A program made the translations under genes and the position numbers. This document shows, one piece after another, positions 26,755 to 37,140 of a stretch of 64,000 nucleotides of DNA. Source of the DNA: Parcubacteria bacterium RAAC4_OD1_1 (GTDB lineage: Bacteria > Patescibacteriota > Minisyncoccia > Phycocordibacterales > UBA9973); assembly GCA_000505065.1 (NCBI GenBank), contig AWSN01000001.1, positions 626,577 through 690,576 of the forward strand. Direction: 5' to 3'. Every line of letters starts with the position of its first letter. Positions within the stretch are counted from its first letter, which is position 1. Below the pieces are notes generated by a model. That model was not told the origin of the DNA. It did not search any database and saw only the letters and a program-made list of their open reading frames with translations.

Positions 26755-28077
26755 ATGCTATCTAAAAAAGAAATAATTATAATAATTTTTCTTTTGTGTA
26801 TCGGGGCTACTCGGTATTTCTTTTTTATTCCTAAGGCTCCAGAATTAAAAAATTTTGTAAGTAAAGAAGTTCTTGTGGAGGGTATCGTGTATAGCTATCC
26901 AGCAGAGAGTAGTGCCACACTTAGGTTTAATTTAAAACAATCAAATGAAAATAATTATTTCCTTATCTCAACAGATAAAGGCCAAGATATTTTTTATGGA
27001 GATAAATTAAAAGTGAAAGGAATTCTCAAAGAACCAGATAATTTTATGACAAATACTGGGAGAGAATTTAATTATAAAAGATATTTATCAAACAAAAATA
27101 TATATTATATTGTCGATAAATCAGAAATTGATATTCTAGATAAGGAATATAAAAAAGATTTACGTTTTTGGCTTTATAAAATAAGGAAATCTTTTTCTTT
27201 AAACATTTTACGAACCATTTCTTATCCGGAGAATAGTTTATCACTCGGGCTTCTCTTAGGGGATAAAAGTGGCTTTGATAGAAAGATGGATGAAGATTTT
27301 ATAAAGACAGGGACTATTCATATTGTGGCTCTTTCTGGATACAATATTACTATAATTGCTGAGAACGTTATTAAAATATTTGAACTTATTGTTTCCAAAA
27401 ATCTATCAATCATTTTTTCTTTTTTTACAATCGTTTTATTTGTAATAATGACAGGAGGTGAGGCGACTGCAATTCGTGCTGGTATTATGGCGAGTATTTT
27501 ACTTTTATCTAAAATTTTAGGAAAAAATTATTATGCCAAGAGAATTCTTTTTATTGCTTTCTTTTTAATGATTGCTTATGATCCTAGGTATATAATCGAT
27601 ATGTCTTTTCAACTTTCGTTTCTTGCGACATTTGGAATACTTTATATTCACCCTAAGATTTTTTATTATCTTAGATTTATCACTATTCGTTTTAAATTGA
27701 GAGAAACTATTTCCACAACTCTTTCTGCTACGATTGCAGTTTTACCTCTCATCCTTTATTCAACTGGGGTTTTGTCTATTGTTTCACTTCCGGCTAATGT
27801 ATTTATCCTTCCTATTATTCCTTTTGCTATGCTGTTTAGCTTTATTACAAGTTTATTTACTTTTATATCCCCATATATAGCTTATCCTTTTGCTTTGATT
27901 AGCGAAATCATTTTGTCTTATGTTTTAAAAATTATTGAAATATTTTCATCCTTTTCATTTGCAAGTATAAATGTAAGTCAATTTTCAATAATATTTGTTT
28001 TTATTATTTATGGAATTATAATTTATCTCTTGTTTAAGAAAAATAAAAATTCCCCTAGGTCTGACCTAGGGGAATAA
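26755..28077 (+). CDS. comEC: ComEC/Rec2-family DNA internalisation channel, membrane competence domain only
   Basis: Polytopic; SLGLLLGDKSGFDRKMDEDFIKTGTIHIVALSGYNITII matches the ComEC competence domain. No metallo-beta-lactamase domain in this ORF. Confidence 0.65.
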   Translation: MLSKKEIIIIIFLLCIGATRYFFFIPKAPELKNFVSKEVLVEGIVYSYPAESSATLRFNLKQSNENNYFLISTDKGQDIFYGDKLKVKGILKEPDNFMTNTGREFNYKRYLSNKNIYYIVDKSEIDILDKEYKKDLRFWLYKIRKSFSLNILRTISYPENSLSLGLLLGDKSGFDRKMDEDFIKTGTIHIVALSGYNITIIAENVIKIFELIVSKNLSIIFSFFTIVLFVIMTGGEATAIRAGIMASILLLSKILGKNYYAKRILFIAFFLMIAYDPRYIIDMSFQLSFLATFGILYIHPKIFYYLRFITIRFKLRETISTTLSATIAVLPLILYSTGVLSIVSLPANVFILPIIPFAMLFSFITSLFTFISPYIAYPFALISEIILSYVLKIIEIFSSFSFASINVSQFSIIFVFIIYGIIIYLLFKKNKNSPRSDLGE

Positions 28078-28093
28078 AATTCTATATTTAGTT

Positions 28094-28678
28094 TTATTTA
28101 AAATTTTTCTCCACATTTTCCCAGTTTAAGTTTTCAAAAAAAGCTTCAATATATTTTTTCTTTTCGGCTGGTGTGTAGTCTAAATAATATGAATGCTCCC
28201 ACATATCAAGAGCGAGCACGATAGAGCACCCTGCTAAATGTCCCATATGCTGTTCATCTACCCATGTTATTAAAAGTTTGTTACTTTCTTTATCAAAATA
28301 AAGCATTGCCCAGCCAATACCTCGAGTGAGGGCTACAAATTTAAAATGCTCTAGAAAGGTTTCAAAATTTCCCCAATCTTCTTCTATTTTTTTATAAAGA
28401 ATCCCATCTTTATTTATTTCTTTTGGTCCATCTGAAAGTGAAGAAAAATAATACTCATGATTTCTCATTCCACCGAATTCAAATCCTAATCTGCGTTGTG
28501 CTTCAGCTAGTAAATAAGCATTCTTTTCAGGATCATTTTTAAGTTCATATAATTTATTAAAAATTGTATTAGTATTATTTACATATCCCTTATAAAGCTT
28601 TAAATGTTCCTCAATTGTTTTCTCGCTTATTCCTTTTAATTCACCTATGTTAAATTCTTTTGGTTTAAAAGTTTCCAT
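28094..28678 (-). CDS. sod: Fe/Mn superoxide dismutase
   Basis: DMWEHSYYLDY (D-x-W-E-H-x-Y-Y signature), N-terminal EEHLKLYKGYV and internal NHEYYF. Confidence 0.85.
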   Translation of the reverse strand: METFKPKEFNIGELKGISEKTIEEHLKLYKGYVNNTNTIFNKLYELKNDPEKNAYLLAEAQRRLGFEFGGMRNHEYYFSSLSDGPKEINKDGILYKKIEEDWGNFETFLEHFKFVALTRGIGWAMLYFDKESNKLLITWVDEQHMGHLAGCSIVLALDMWEHSYYLDYTPAEKKKYIEAFFENLNWENVEKNFK

Positions 28679-28721
28679 ATTTATAATTATAATGTTTTAA
28701 TGTTAATATATTAATTATAAC

Positions 28722-29585
28722 ATGAAATCAAAAAAGAGATATTTAATTATATTTATTGTTTTGTTTTTATTTTTTATAATATTTTTCTTAATTTTTAAAA
28801 ATTATCACAAAGATGATTTATTAGAAATTACATTTATTGATGTTGGACAAGGGGACTCTATTTTAATAGAAACCCCAAATGGTAAACAAGTTCTAGTGGA
28901 TGGTGGAAGGGGAGAAGTTATTCTCTCAAAGCTTATAAAATTATTACCATTTTTTGATAAAAAGTTAGATATTATAATAAATACAAATGCTGACGAAGAT
29001 CATTTGGGTGGTTTTTTGAAAGTTCTTGATTATTATAAAGTACCTTTGGTTATAGAATCAGGGGTCGAAAATACCACTTTTACTTATAAAAATTTTCAAA
29101 AAGAGATTGAGGAAAAAAATATTAAAAAAATTATTGGGAAAAAGGGTGACCAAATAATTCTTGATGAAGAGAATAATATTTATTTAGATATACTTTTCCC
29201 AGATAGAGATGTGACTGGGTGGGAAAGGAATGATGCTTCATTGGTGATGAAGTTAGTTTATGGTAATACTTCTTTTCTTCTTATGGGTGATGCTACAAAG
29301 TATAGTGAAAATATAATTAGGTGGAATGAAAAAAAGAAATACTTGGATTCAGATGTTTTAAAGCTTGGACATCATGGGTCTGATACTTCATCGGGATATT
29401 ATTTTTTAGAATTGGTTGATCCAGATCTTGCCATAATATCTGCTGGGAAGGATAATAAGTATGGACATCCAGATAAAGAAGTATTAGATAATTTAGAAAA
29501 ATTAAATATTAAATATTTAGGGACTTACGAAGAAGGGGATATAGTGATTAAATCAGACGGAGAAAAAGTTATACATAAAAAATAA
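28722..29585 (+). CDS. ComEC-type metallo-beta-lactamase domain protein (detached C-terminal part of ComEC)
   Basis: ITFIDVGQGDSILIETPNGKQVLVDGG, then GDATKYSE and LGHHGSDTSS: the MBL fold as in the ComEC C-terminus. N-terminal TM helix. Confidence 0.65.
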   Translation: MKSKKRYLIIFIVLFLFFIIFFLIFKNYHKDDLLEITFIDVGQGDSILIETPNGKQVLVDGGRGEVILSKLIKLLPFFDKKLDIIINTNADEDHLGGFLKVLDYYKVPLVIESGVENTTFTYKNFQKEIEEKNIKKIIGKKGDQIILDEENNIYLDILFPDRDVTGWERNDASLVMKLVYGNTSFLLMGDATKYSENIIRWNEKKKYLDSDVLKLGHHGSDTSSGYYFLELVDPDLAIISAGKDNKYGHPDKEVLDNLEKLNIKYLGTYEEGDIVIKSDGEKVIHKK

Positions 29586-29610
29586 AACTCTCACTTTTGT
29601 GAGAGTTTTA
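29584..29610. terminator. bidirectional terminator between the convergent MBL gene and rpmB
   Basis: AAAACTCTCAC-ttt-GTGAGAGTTTT. Confidence 0.5.
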
Positions 29611-29853
29611 TTTGATGATTCCAGCTTTTTTAAGGACTGTGTATGCCCCGTATTTATTTATAGTTTTGATTGCTTGTGTGGAAAGTGTAAGAGGGAAGTA
29701 TTTCTTTAATTCCGGTACATAAATACGCTTCTTTTGAAGATTAGGGTATTTTCTTACTTTACCTGTTGGGTTGAATTTGGTAGCACGAACAACATTGGAG
29801 TATCCGCCACCTACAAGTGAACCCTTTTTTGTTATATCACATACTTTTGCCAT
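29608..29853 (-). CDS. rpmB: ribosomal protein L28
   Basis: MAKVCDITKKGSLVGGGYSNVVRATKF...: the L28 N-terminus pattern (MAKVCE.CGK....GN.VSHS.R.TKR) and appropriate size. Confidence 0.7.
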   Translation of the reverse strand: MAKVCDITKKGSLVGGGYSNVVRATKFNPTGKVRKYPNLQKKRIYVPELKKYFPLTLSTQAIKTINKYGAYTVLKKAGIIK

Positions 29854-29899
29854 ATATGCGACTTATGCTATCATATTAGATATATTTAATCAAGTTTAT

Positions 29900-30538
29900 A
29901 TGATAGATAGTATTTTTTATGTAATTATTTTAATAATGTCAGTGGTTGTTCACGAAGTAGCTCATGGTTATACAGCTTACTTGTTAGGGGATGATACTGC
30001 GAGGTTAAGTGGAAGACTCACTTTAAATCCAATACATCATTTGGATCTTTTTGGTTCCGTTATTCTCCCTCTTCTTCTTGTTCTTTCTCAGAGTGGTTTC
30101 GTTATTGGTTGGGCAAAGCCTGTACCTTATAATCCTGATAATATAAAGACTGGTAAAAATGGGATTACCTTGGTGGCTATATCTGGGATACTTGCAAATT
30201 TATTTCTTGTTTTGTTTTTTGGATTATTAATTAGATCTTTACCAATCTTAGGAGTATCGGTATTTGATCTTGATGGGAATTTAAATCCAATATATAAAAT
30301 TTCTACAATAATAGTTCTTGTAAATCTTGTACTCGCTATATTTAATCTAATCCCTATACCTCCACTTGATGGATCAAAAATTTTGTCATATTTTATACCA
30401 TTAAAGTATAGACACATTGAAAACTTTTTAGAAAAATTTGGATTTTTAATACTCATATTGTTTATAATTTTTGTGTGGAATCTCCTTACTCCAATCATTG
30501 GTTATATATTTACTTTTATTACAGGATTTGGCCTATAG
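29900..30538 (+). CDS. site-2 protease family zinc metalloprotease (peptidase M50)
   Basis: HEVAHGYTAYLLGD HExxH motif inside a TM helix, then NPIHHLD; polytopic. Start moved from the track's 29771 (which overlaps rpmB antisense) to the in-frame ATG at 29900. Confidence 0.65.
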   Translation: MIDSIFYVIILIMSVVVHEVAHGYTAYLLGDDTARLSGRLTLNPIHHLDLFGSVILPLLLVLSQSGFVIGWAKPVPYNPDNIKTGKNGITLVAISGILANLFLVLFFGLLIRSLPILGVSVFDLDGNLNPIYKISTIIVLVNLVLAIFNLIPIPPLDGSKILSYFIPLKYRHIENFLEKFGFLILILFIIFVWNLLTPIIGYIFTFITGFGL

Positions 30539-30652
30539 AATTATCCCCAGTTTTTTAATTTTTTGTTAGTATTTAAATGTATTTTTGAGTTATACTATAA
30601 AAGTATATTGTATTAGTTTAAAGTATAATGTTTGAAATAATTTATTTAATAA

Positions 30653-33529
30653 ATGTCACAATTCTTAAAAAAAATTTTAAAATCTTTACTCATAATTATA
30701 GCTTTTGGAAGTATTATTTATGTTTATGCATCTACCACAGATGGGATTATTAGTGATACAAATCACAATGCTCTTCTTTGTAGAGATGATGCTTGCTCTG
30801 TCACAACAGAGATAAATTTTAAGACTACAAATGGTTCACCTGTACACGTCACAGATGATGGACTTACAGGGCACATATGGTCTGAAACTTTTGGTTGGGT
30901 AAATCTAAATCCTACAAATGCTGGAGTAGAAAATGATGGAGAAGGTAATTTGTCTGGATATGCATGGGGAGAAAATTCTGGTTGGATAAATTTTAGTCCT
31001 ACAAATGGAGGTGTCACTATTGGTGTAGATGGTAAATTTTTGGGATATGCATGGGCACAGAATTATGGTTGGATAAATTTTGATTGTAATATCACAAATG
31101 CTTGCGTAGAGACAGATTGGAGACCAGAGAGCGAAAGATCTACTGGTGGTTCCTCTGGATCTACTACTGGTCCATCAGATGAGACACCAACAGATAATGA
31201 TGTCGAACTAGACATTGATGCTTGTCCAAATATAGATGGTAAGCAAATAATCATACCAGAAGGTTTGGTTATAGGAAAAGATGGTAATTGTATTGAGCCT
31301 TTACAATGTAATGAAATAGATGGTGATTTGAAACAATCTTTAGATGTTGTTATTGTTCTTGATAAATCAAGTAGTATGGAAGATAACAACAAAATGTTAG
31401 ATGCCAAGCTTGCAGCAAATACATTTATCAATAATTTGGTCCCTGGGTCAGATAGGGTATCGTACGTATCTTTCTCAAATGAAGCCACTCTGGCATCTTC
31501 TTTGTCTACTAGTTTTAATACAACAAAATCAAGAATAAATAATACAACTACAGGTGGAACTACAAATATTGGTGGAGCTATCGATAAAGCGTATGAAGAG
31601 CTTAAAGAAAACTCAAGAAGTAGTGTAAAAAAAGTTATAATCCTTCTTACTGATGGTAAAGCAAATATCTCAAATTCACCACTTATATCTCCTAACAACT
31701 ATTCTTTTTCAGAAGCTTATGAAGCAAAAGCAGATGGGGTGATGATCTATACAATTGGTTTAGGTGGAGATGTAGATTCTAATTTCTTAAAAAGTTTAGG
31801 AACAGATATAAATTATTATTATCAATCTCCAACTGGCGAAGAGCTCACAAGTATATATTTAAATATTGCTGCAATAGAATGTACTTCTAAACCATCTAAT
31901 ATTTTAGATTATGTATTTTTAGATTCAAATAATAATGGAGTAAGAGATAATTCTGATACACCACTAGAAGATGCCACCCTTGTACTTTCTGCGGTGGATG
32001 GTGATATGCCTACAAGAATAGAAGAGACTAACAATGATGGCAAATTTAAATTTGAAAATGTTGTAGAAGGTAAATACCTTTTATGTCTTCAAAGAGAAAA
32101 TAATCAATATCAAGTAAATCCACCAGATAATGGTTGTTATAAGATTGATGTTATTCAAGGAATAGATGTTTTAGGTACATATTTCTTAGTGTCAGGCGAC
32201 ACATTACCCATCCCACCAGTAGACGAAGAAGAGGAAACTCTTATAGATGAAATAATAGATATTATAGATAATATTGTCCCAGATCTGGGAGATGAAGTAA
32301 ATGATAACCCTATTTTAGATGAAGAAGTTATCACTGATACAGAAGATTCCCTGATTGAAGAGACCATAAATATTATAATTGAAGATGTTGTTACCATTGT
32401 AGAAGACATAAAAGATTTCTTTGAAGATATTTTTGATAATAAAAATGGAGATGGAAAAATATTTGCTATTACTCAAGTAGATGTGGAAAATATTATTAAT
32501 TTATTAAAAAATCAGATTAAAGGCATAGAATCCGTCACAAACATACTTTCTGATATTTCAGATTTTATACAAACAGAGACAGGGAAAATAAGCACTAATA
32601 TTGTGACAACTATAGGTATTGTGACGGGTGCATATATAAGTATTGCTACATCTTTATTTGCTAATCCTATAAATATAAAAGAGCTTCTTCTTATACCTTA
32701 TCGTCTCTGGGCACTACTCCTTGCCTTTTTTGGTATTAAAAAGAGAAATGCTCCGTGGGGAACAGTCTATGATTCTATAACCAAGCAACCTCTTGATCCT
32801 GCGTATGTTGTGCTTCAGGATTTGTCTGGTAATGAGGTTTCGACTTGTATTACAGATTTAGATGGGCGTTATGGATTCTTGGTTCCACCAGGTAAATACA
32901 AGATGGTAGCCAATAAAACAAATTATGAATTTTCATCTAAGAAACTTTTTGGAAGATCTCAAGATGAACTTTACCAAGAACTTTATTTCGGTGAAGAATT
33001 TGAGGTCAAAGAAGGAGAGGTTATATCTAAAAATATTCCTCTTGATCCTATTAAATTTGATTGGAATGAATTTGCAAAGAAAGAAAAGAAACTAATGAAA
33101 TTCTTTTCAAAGCGTGATCTTTGGGTTGCTAGGATTTCAGACATATTGTTTGTTATTGGTTTTATTATTACAGTTGTTGCTTTGTTCATCACTCCAAACA
33201 CTTACAATATAATTATATTTATTTTCTATATTATTATGTTTTTGTTTAAGAGGACTATATTAAAACCAAGACCTTATGGAAATATAAAAAATAAAGACAC
33301 AGAAGATCCACTATCTTTTGCTATTATAAGAGTATTTTATGCAGGAAGTGAAAGGGAGATAATTCACAAGGTGACAGATATGACAGGTAAATATTATTGT
33401 CTTATCCCAAATGGTAGTTATTATGTAAAAATTGAAAACAAGAATGAGGATGAGACATACACTCTTATCCACACATCAGAGGCTATGGAAATAGATAAAG
33501 GTTTTATTAATAAGAAGTTTAGAGTGTAA
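30653..33529 (+). CDS. large membrane protein with extracellular von Willebrand factor A domain and three carboxypeptidase-regulatory-like beta-sandwich domains
   Basis: Signal peptide. Gly/Trp-rich repeats (WSETFGWVNL, GYAWGENSGWINF). vWA MIDAS DVVIVLDKSSSM...LLTDG. Prealbumin-like DATLVLSAVDG...GKYLL, TCITDLDGRYGF...GKYKM and VTDMTGKYYC...GSYYV, separated by TM helices. Acidic low-complexity linker. Confidence 0.55.
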   Translation: MSQFLKKILKSLLIIIAFGSIIYVYASTTDGIISDTNHNALLCRDDACSVTTEINFKTTNGSPVHVTDDGLTGHIWSETFGWVNLNPTNAGVENDGEGNLSGYAWGENSGWINFSPTNGGVTIGVDGKFLGYAWAQNYGWINFDCNITNACVETDWRPESERSTGGSSGSTTGPSDETPTDNDVELDIDACPNIDGKQIIIPEGLVIGKDGNCIEPLQCNEIDGDLKQSLDVVIVLDKSSSMEDNNKMLDAKLAANTFINNLVPGSDRVSYVSFSNEATLASSLSTSFNTTKSRINNTTTGGTTNIGGAIDKAYEELKENSRSSVKKVIILLTDGKANISNSPLISPNNYSFSEAYEAKADGVMIYTIGLGGDVDSNFLKSLGTDINYYYQSPTGEELTSIYLNIAAIECTSKPSNILDYVFLDSNNNGVRDNSDTPLEDATLVLSAVDGDMPTRIEETNNDGKFKFENVVEGKYLLCLQRENNQYQVNPPDNGCYKIDVIQGIDVLGTYFLVSGDTLPIPPVDEEEETLIDEIIDIIDNIVPDLGDEVNDNPILDEEVITDTEDSLIEETINIIIEDVVTIVEDIKDFFEDIFDNKNGDGKIFAITQVDVENIINLLKNQIKGIESVTNILSDISDFIQTETGKISTNIVTTIGIVTGAYISIATSLFANPINIKELLLIPYRLWALLLAFFGIKKRNAPWGTVYDSITKQPLDPAYVVLQDLSGNEVSTCITDLDGRYGFLVPPGKYKMVANKTNYEFSSKKLFGRSQDELYQELYFGEEFEVKEGEVISKNIPLDPIKFDWNEFAKKEKKLMKFFSKRDLWVARISDILFVIGFIITVVALFITPNTYNIIIFIFYIIMFLFKRTILKPRPYGNIKNKDTEDPLSFAIIRVFYAGSEREIIHKVTDMTGKYYCLIPNGSYYVKIENKNEDETYTLIHTSEAMEIDKGFINKKFRV

Positions 33530-33544
33530 ATTAAATAAGGGCTT

Positions 33545-33676
33545 GCCCCCACACCTATATTTTTATTAATCCAATTATTTTATTTTAAAATAACAATAAA
33601 ATTAAAATAAACTAACTTTTTTTAGAATAAAAATGTTTGTTTATTAAAACAATAAAAATATGGGTGTGGGGGCTTG
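33545..33676. repeat. MITE-like element with CCCCCACACC / GGTGTGGGGG terminal inverted repeats
   Basis: CCCCCACACCTATATTTTTATT ... AATAAAAATATGGGTGTGGGGG flanked on both sides by CTTGC. About 85-bp AT-rich interior; T-run follows. Confidence 0.45.
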
Positions 33677-33720
33677 CTTTTTTATGTATATTATAGTAAA
33701 GTAGTCTCACTAGTCATTAT

Positions 33721-34167
33721 TTGACTAATTTATTTTATATTATGCCTACAATCAATCAATTAGTTCGCAAGAACAGAAAATCTATAATAAAGAAATCAAA
33801 AGCGGTAGCATTAGCCCGTGGTTTTAATACTATTAAGAACAAGCCTGTGTATTATCCTGCACCATTTAAGCGTGGAGTATGTACAAAGGTTTCCACCACA
33901 ACTCCAAAGAAGCCAAACTCAGCTTTGCGTAAAATTGCTCGTGTTAGACTTACTAATGGTATGGAAGTCACTGCTTATATTCCAGGAGAAGGGCATAACC
34001 TTCAAGAACACTCAGTTGTTATGATTCGTGGTGGCCGTGTTAAAGACTTAATCGGAGTAAGATACCATATAGTTCGTGGAAGATTAGATACTACCGGAGT
34101 CGAGAAGCGTCGCCAAGCAAGAAGTAGATATGGTGCCAAGATGCCAAAAGCTGCTGCAAAGAAATAA
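33721..34167 (+). CDS. rpsL: ribosomal protein S12
   Basis: PTINQLVRK...KKPNSALRK...[14 protein letters not shown]. Confidence 0.9.
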   Translation: MTNLFYIMPTINQLVRKNRKSIIKKSKAVALARGFNTIKNKPVYYPAPFKRGVCTKVSTTTPKKPNSALRKIARVRLTNGMEVTAYIPGEGHNLQEHSVVMIRGGRVKDLIGVRYHIVRGRLDTTGVEKRRQARSRYGAKMPKAAAKK

Positions 34168-34187
34168 TTATAAATAAAAATTAAAAT

Positions 34188-34658
34188 ATGAGAAGAAAAG
34201 TAAAAAATCGAAATATAGTAGAACCGGACATAATGTATAATTCTTTGAAACTTTCAAAGTTTATAAATAACATTATGCTTCATGGAAAGAAGGAGACTGC
34301 TCGTAAGTCAGTTTATAAAGCTTTTGAGATAATTAAAGAAAAAACTGGTAATCCAAATCCTCTTGAAATATTTGATACTGCTATAAAGAATGCTGGTCCA
34401 CTTGTAGAAGTTCGTTCTCGCCGTATTGGTGGAGCAAACTACCAAGTTCCAAGAGAAGTTCGCCCAGAAAGAAGAGTAGCTCTTGCAATGCGTTGGATCA
34501 TAGATGCAGCACGAGGAAAGAAAGGAGCTCCTATTCATGAGAAACTCGCCGAAGAATTAATCCTTGCTTCTAAAAATGAAGGAATCGCAATTAAGAAACG
34601 TGACGATACTCACAAGATGGCAGAGTCTAACAAAGCATTTGCTCACTTTGCTTGGTAG
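34188..34658 (+). CDS. rpsG: ribosomal protein S7
   Basis: ...VEVRSRRIGGANYQVP...ESNKAFAHFAW. Confidence 0.9.
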   Translation: MRRKVKNRNIVEPDIMYNSLKLSKFINNIMLHGKKETARKSVYKAFEIIKEKTGNPNPLEIFDTAIKNAGPLVEVRSRRIGGANYQVPREVRPERRVALAMRWIIDAARGKKGAPIHEKLAEELILASKNEGIAIKKRDDTHKMAESNKAFAHFAW

Positions 34659-34674
34659 TTTAAAAGAATTCTTA

Positions 34675-34698
34675 AAATCCCCGAAAGGGGATTTTTGA
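34675..34698 (+). terminator. intrinsic terminator after rpsG
   Basis: AAAATCCCC-gaaa-GGGGATTTTTG. Confidence 0.55.
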
Positions 34699-34727
34699 TT
34701 GCAAAAAAGAGTGATTTGTTGTATATT
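34699..34727 (+). promoter_or_regulatory. sigma70-like promoter for fusA
   Basis: TTGCAA, 17 bp, TATATT. Followed by a CTAG-rich inverted repeat region (34760-34835). Confidence 0.4.
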
Positions 34728-34860
34728 GGAAGCATTAAAAACCTTTTAAGGTTTTATTTTTGACTGATTTCTGACTTCTAGCAGTTAGTCTTCAGTATTA
34801 TTTTAATTTTAATTAAAGACTAGAAGCTAGAAACTAGTCACTTATAAATATCATAAATTT

Positions 34861-37002
34861 ATGGAAAGAGACTACCCATTAGAAAAAGTTAGAAATTTTG
34901 GAATCATTGCGCACATTGATGCTGGTAAAACTACCACCTCAGAGCGTGTTTTATATTATACAGGAATGTCACATAAGATAGGTGAAGTTCATGACGGAGA
35001 AGCAACTACTGACTGGATGGAGCAAGAACGTGAAAGAGGTATTACTATCACTTCGGCTGCTGTCACTTGTTTTTGGACACCCACATATGCTGGTGGAGAT
35101 AAAAATAAAAAACATCGTTTCAATATTATCGATACTCCAGGGCACATAGATTTTACTGTTGAGGTGAAGCGTTCTCTTCGTGTACTTGATGGAGCGGTTG
35201 TTGTTTTTGATGGTGTTGCTGGGGTAGAGCCACAATCAGAAACAAACTGGCGTTATGCCGATGAAGCTATGGTTCCTAGAATTTGTTTTGTAAACAAACT
35301 TGATCGTACAGGAGCTTCATTTGAACATTCCTATAAAACTATCTTAGATAGATTAAGTAAAAATGCAGTTAGAATGCAAATTCCTGTTGGACTTGAAGAT
35401 AAACATGAAGGAGTAGTGGATCTTCTAAAAATGAAGGCTTATTATTTTGATGGAGCTATGGGGGACAATGTTATCGAAAAAGATATTCCAGAAGAATTGA
35501 AAGCTGATGCAGAGAAGTACCATTCCGAACTTATAGAAAAGATAGTAGAACAAGATGATGTATTAATGTCTGAATATTTAGATGGTAAAGTACCTTCTCT
35601 AGAAGTGCTTAAATCTACAATGAGAAAAGCAGTTATTGCAAACAAAATTTTTCCAGTATTTGCTGGTTCTGCTTTGAAAAATAAAGGAGTTCAGCTTGTG
35701 CTCGATGCTGTTATAGATTATCTTCCTTCACCAACAGATATCCCTGCTATTGAAGGAGTAAATCCAGATACAGAAGAAAAAGATGTTCGTCACGCAAGTG
35801 ATGCAGAGCCATTTTCAGCTCTTGCTTTTAAAGTAGCTACAGATCCATTCGTTGGGCAAATTATTTTCTTCCGTGTTTATTCAGGATCACTTTCTGCAGG
35901 AAGTTATATTTACAATCCTCGTACAAGGAACAAAGAGCGTATTGGTAGAATTTTAAGAATGCATGCCAACGATCGTGAAGAAGTAAAGAAAGTTTTCGCT
36001 GGGGAGATTGCAGCTGCGGTTGGTCTTAAGGATACTATTACTTCAGATACTCTTTGTGATGAAGAGCGCCCAATTGAACTTTATAGAATTATTTTCCCAG
36101 AGCCAGTTATTCAACTTCGTGTAGAACCAAAGACAAAAGCTGACCAAGAGAAAATGGGTATGGCATTAAACAGACTTGCTCAAGAAGATCCAACATTTCG
36201 TGTGACAACAGATGCAGAAACAAATGAGACTATCATAGCAGGTATGGGAGAGCTTCATCTTGAGATTATCGTTGATCGTATGAAGAGAGAATTCTCTGTG
36301 GAGACAAATGTAGGTAAACCACAAGTGGCCTATAGAGAAACTATTACTGGTACTTCTGAAATGGAAGGTAAGTATATCAAGCAGTCAGGAGGTCGTGGTA
36401 ACTACGGACACGTGAAGATCAAGATCAAGCCTATGGATATGAATGTAGATATAAATGATCTTCCAAAAAATGTAAAAAGAGAAAAAGATTTCGAATTTGT
36501 AAATAGTATAAAAGGAGGTGCTATTCCCCAAGAATATATTCCTGCTTGTGAAAAAGGATTTAAGGAAGGTTTGGATAGGGGGGTACTTGCAGGTTTCAAA
36601 CTTGTAAATGTTTCTGTTGATTTATATGATGGAAGTTTCCACGAAGTGGACTCAAACGAAATGGCCTTCAAGATTGCTGCTTCTATGGCAGTTCAAGATG
36701 CATGTAAAGTTGCAAAGCCTGTTATCCTTGAGCCTATGATGAAGGTTGAAGTTGTCACTCCAGATAAGTTTATGGGAGATGTGACAGGGTCACTTTCAGG
36801 AAAGCGTGGACTTATCGAAGGAATGGAAGCTCGTGGTATGAATCAAGTTGTGAAAGCAGTTGTGCCACTTTCTGAAATGTTTGGATATATGACATCACTT
36901 CGTTCTATGACCGAAGGTCGTGCAGGATTCACAATGGAATTTTTACGTTATGACATCGTTCCAAACAGTGTAGCGACATCTATTATAGAGAGTAGGAAAT
37001 AA
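34861..37002 (+). CDS. fusA: elongation factor G
   Basis: [27 protein letters not shown]; 713 aa. Confidence 0.9.
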   Translation: MERDYPLEKVRNFGIIAHIDAGKTTTSERVLYYTGMSHKIGEVHDGEATTDWMEQERERGITITSAAVTCFWTPTYAGGDKNKKHRFNIIDTPGHIDFTVEVKRSLRVLDGAVVVFDGVAGVEPQSETNWRYADEAMVPRICFVNKLDRTGASFEHSYKTILDRLSKNAVRMQIPVGLEDKHEGVVDLLKMKAYYFDGAMGDNVIEKDIPEELKADAEKYHSELIEKIVEQDDVLMSEYLDGKVPSLEVLKSTMRKAVIANKIFPVFAGSALKNKGVQLVLDAVIDYLPSPTDIPAIEGVNPDTEEKDVRHASDAEPFSALAFKVATDPFVGQIIFFRVYSGSLSAGSYIYNPRTRNKERIGRILRMHANDREEVKKVFAGEIAAAVGLKDTITSDTLCDEERPIELYRIIFPEPVIQLRVEPKTKADQEKMGMALNRLAQEDPTFRVTTDAETNETIIAGMGELHLEIIVDRMKREFSVETNVGKPQVAYRETITGTSEMEGKYIKQSGGRGNYGHVKIKIKPMDMNVDINDLPKNVKREKDFEFVNSIKGGAIPQEYIPACEKGFKEGLDRGVLAGFKLVNVSVDLYDGSFHEVDSNEMAFKIAASMAVQDACKVAKPVILEPMMKVEVVTPDKFMGDVTGSLSGKRGLIEGMEARGMNQVVKAVVPLSEMFGYMTSLRSMTEGRAGFTMEFLRYDIVPNSVATSIIESRK

Positions 37003-37140
37003 AAGTAGATAGTAAATATTAGATAAAAAACAAATAGATATAATAAAGCTCCATCCTCTGATTTAGGTCGAAGGATGGGGTTTTAGTTTTCCACAAATTA
37101 TTACTATTTTTAGATTTTTTATAGTATAATCTATTTATAG

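Noticed and set aside
29771-29899. Upstream extension of the M50 protease ORF (track start 29771).
   Set aside because: It overlaps rpmB antisense and encodes a low-complexity peptide. The internal ATG at 29900 follows a promoter-like AT-rich stretch, and the TM and HExxH start just after it.
31063-31698. Long antisense ORFs in the track (31063-31698, 45007-45471, 60355-60726, 23736-24134, 52265-52693 and similar).
   Set aside because: Each lies entirely inside a well-supported gene on the other strand and has low-complexity Ser/Leu/Pro-rich translations. These are shadow ORFs.
33818-34024. 68-aa + ORF inside rpsL in another frame.
   Set aside because: Embedded in a highly conserved ribosomal protein gene; frame artefact.
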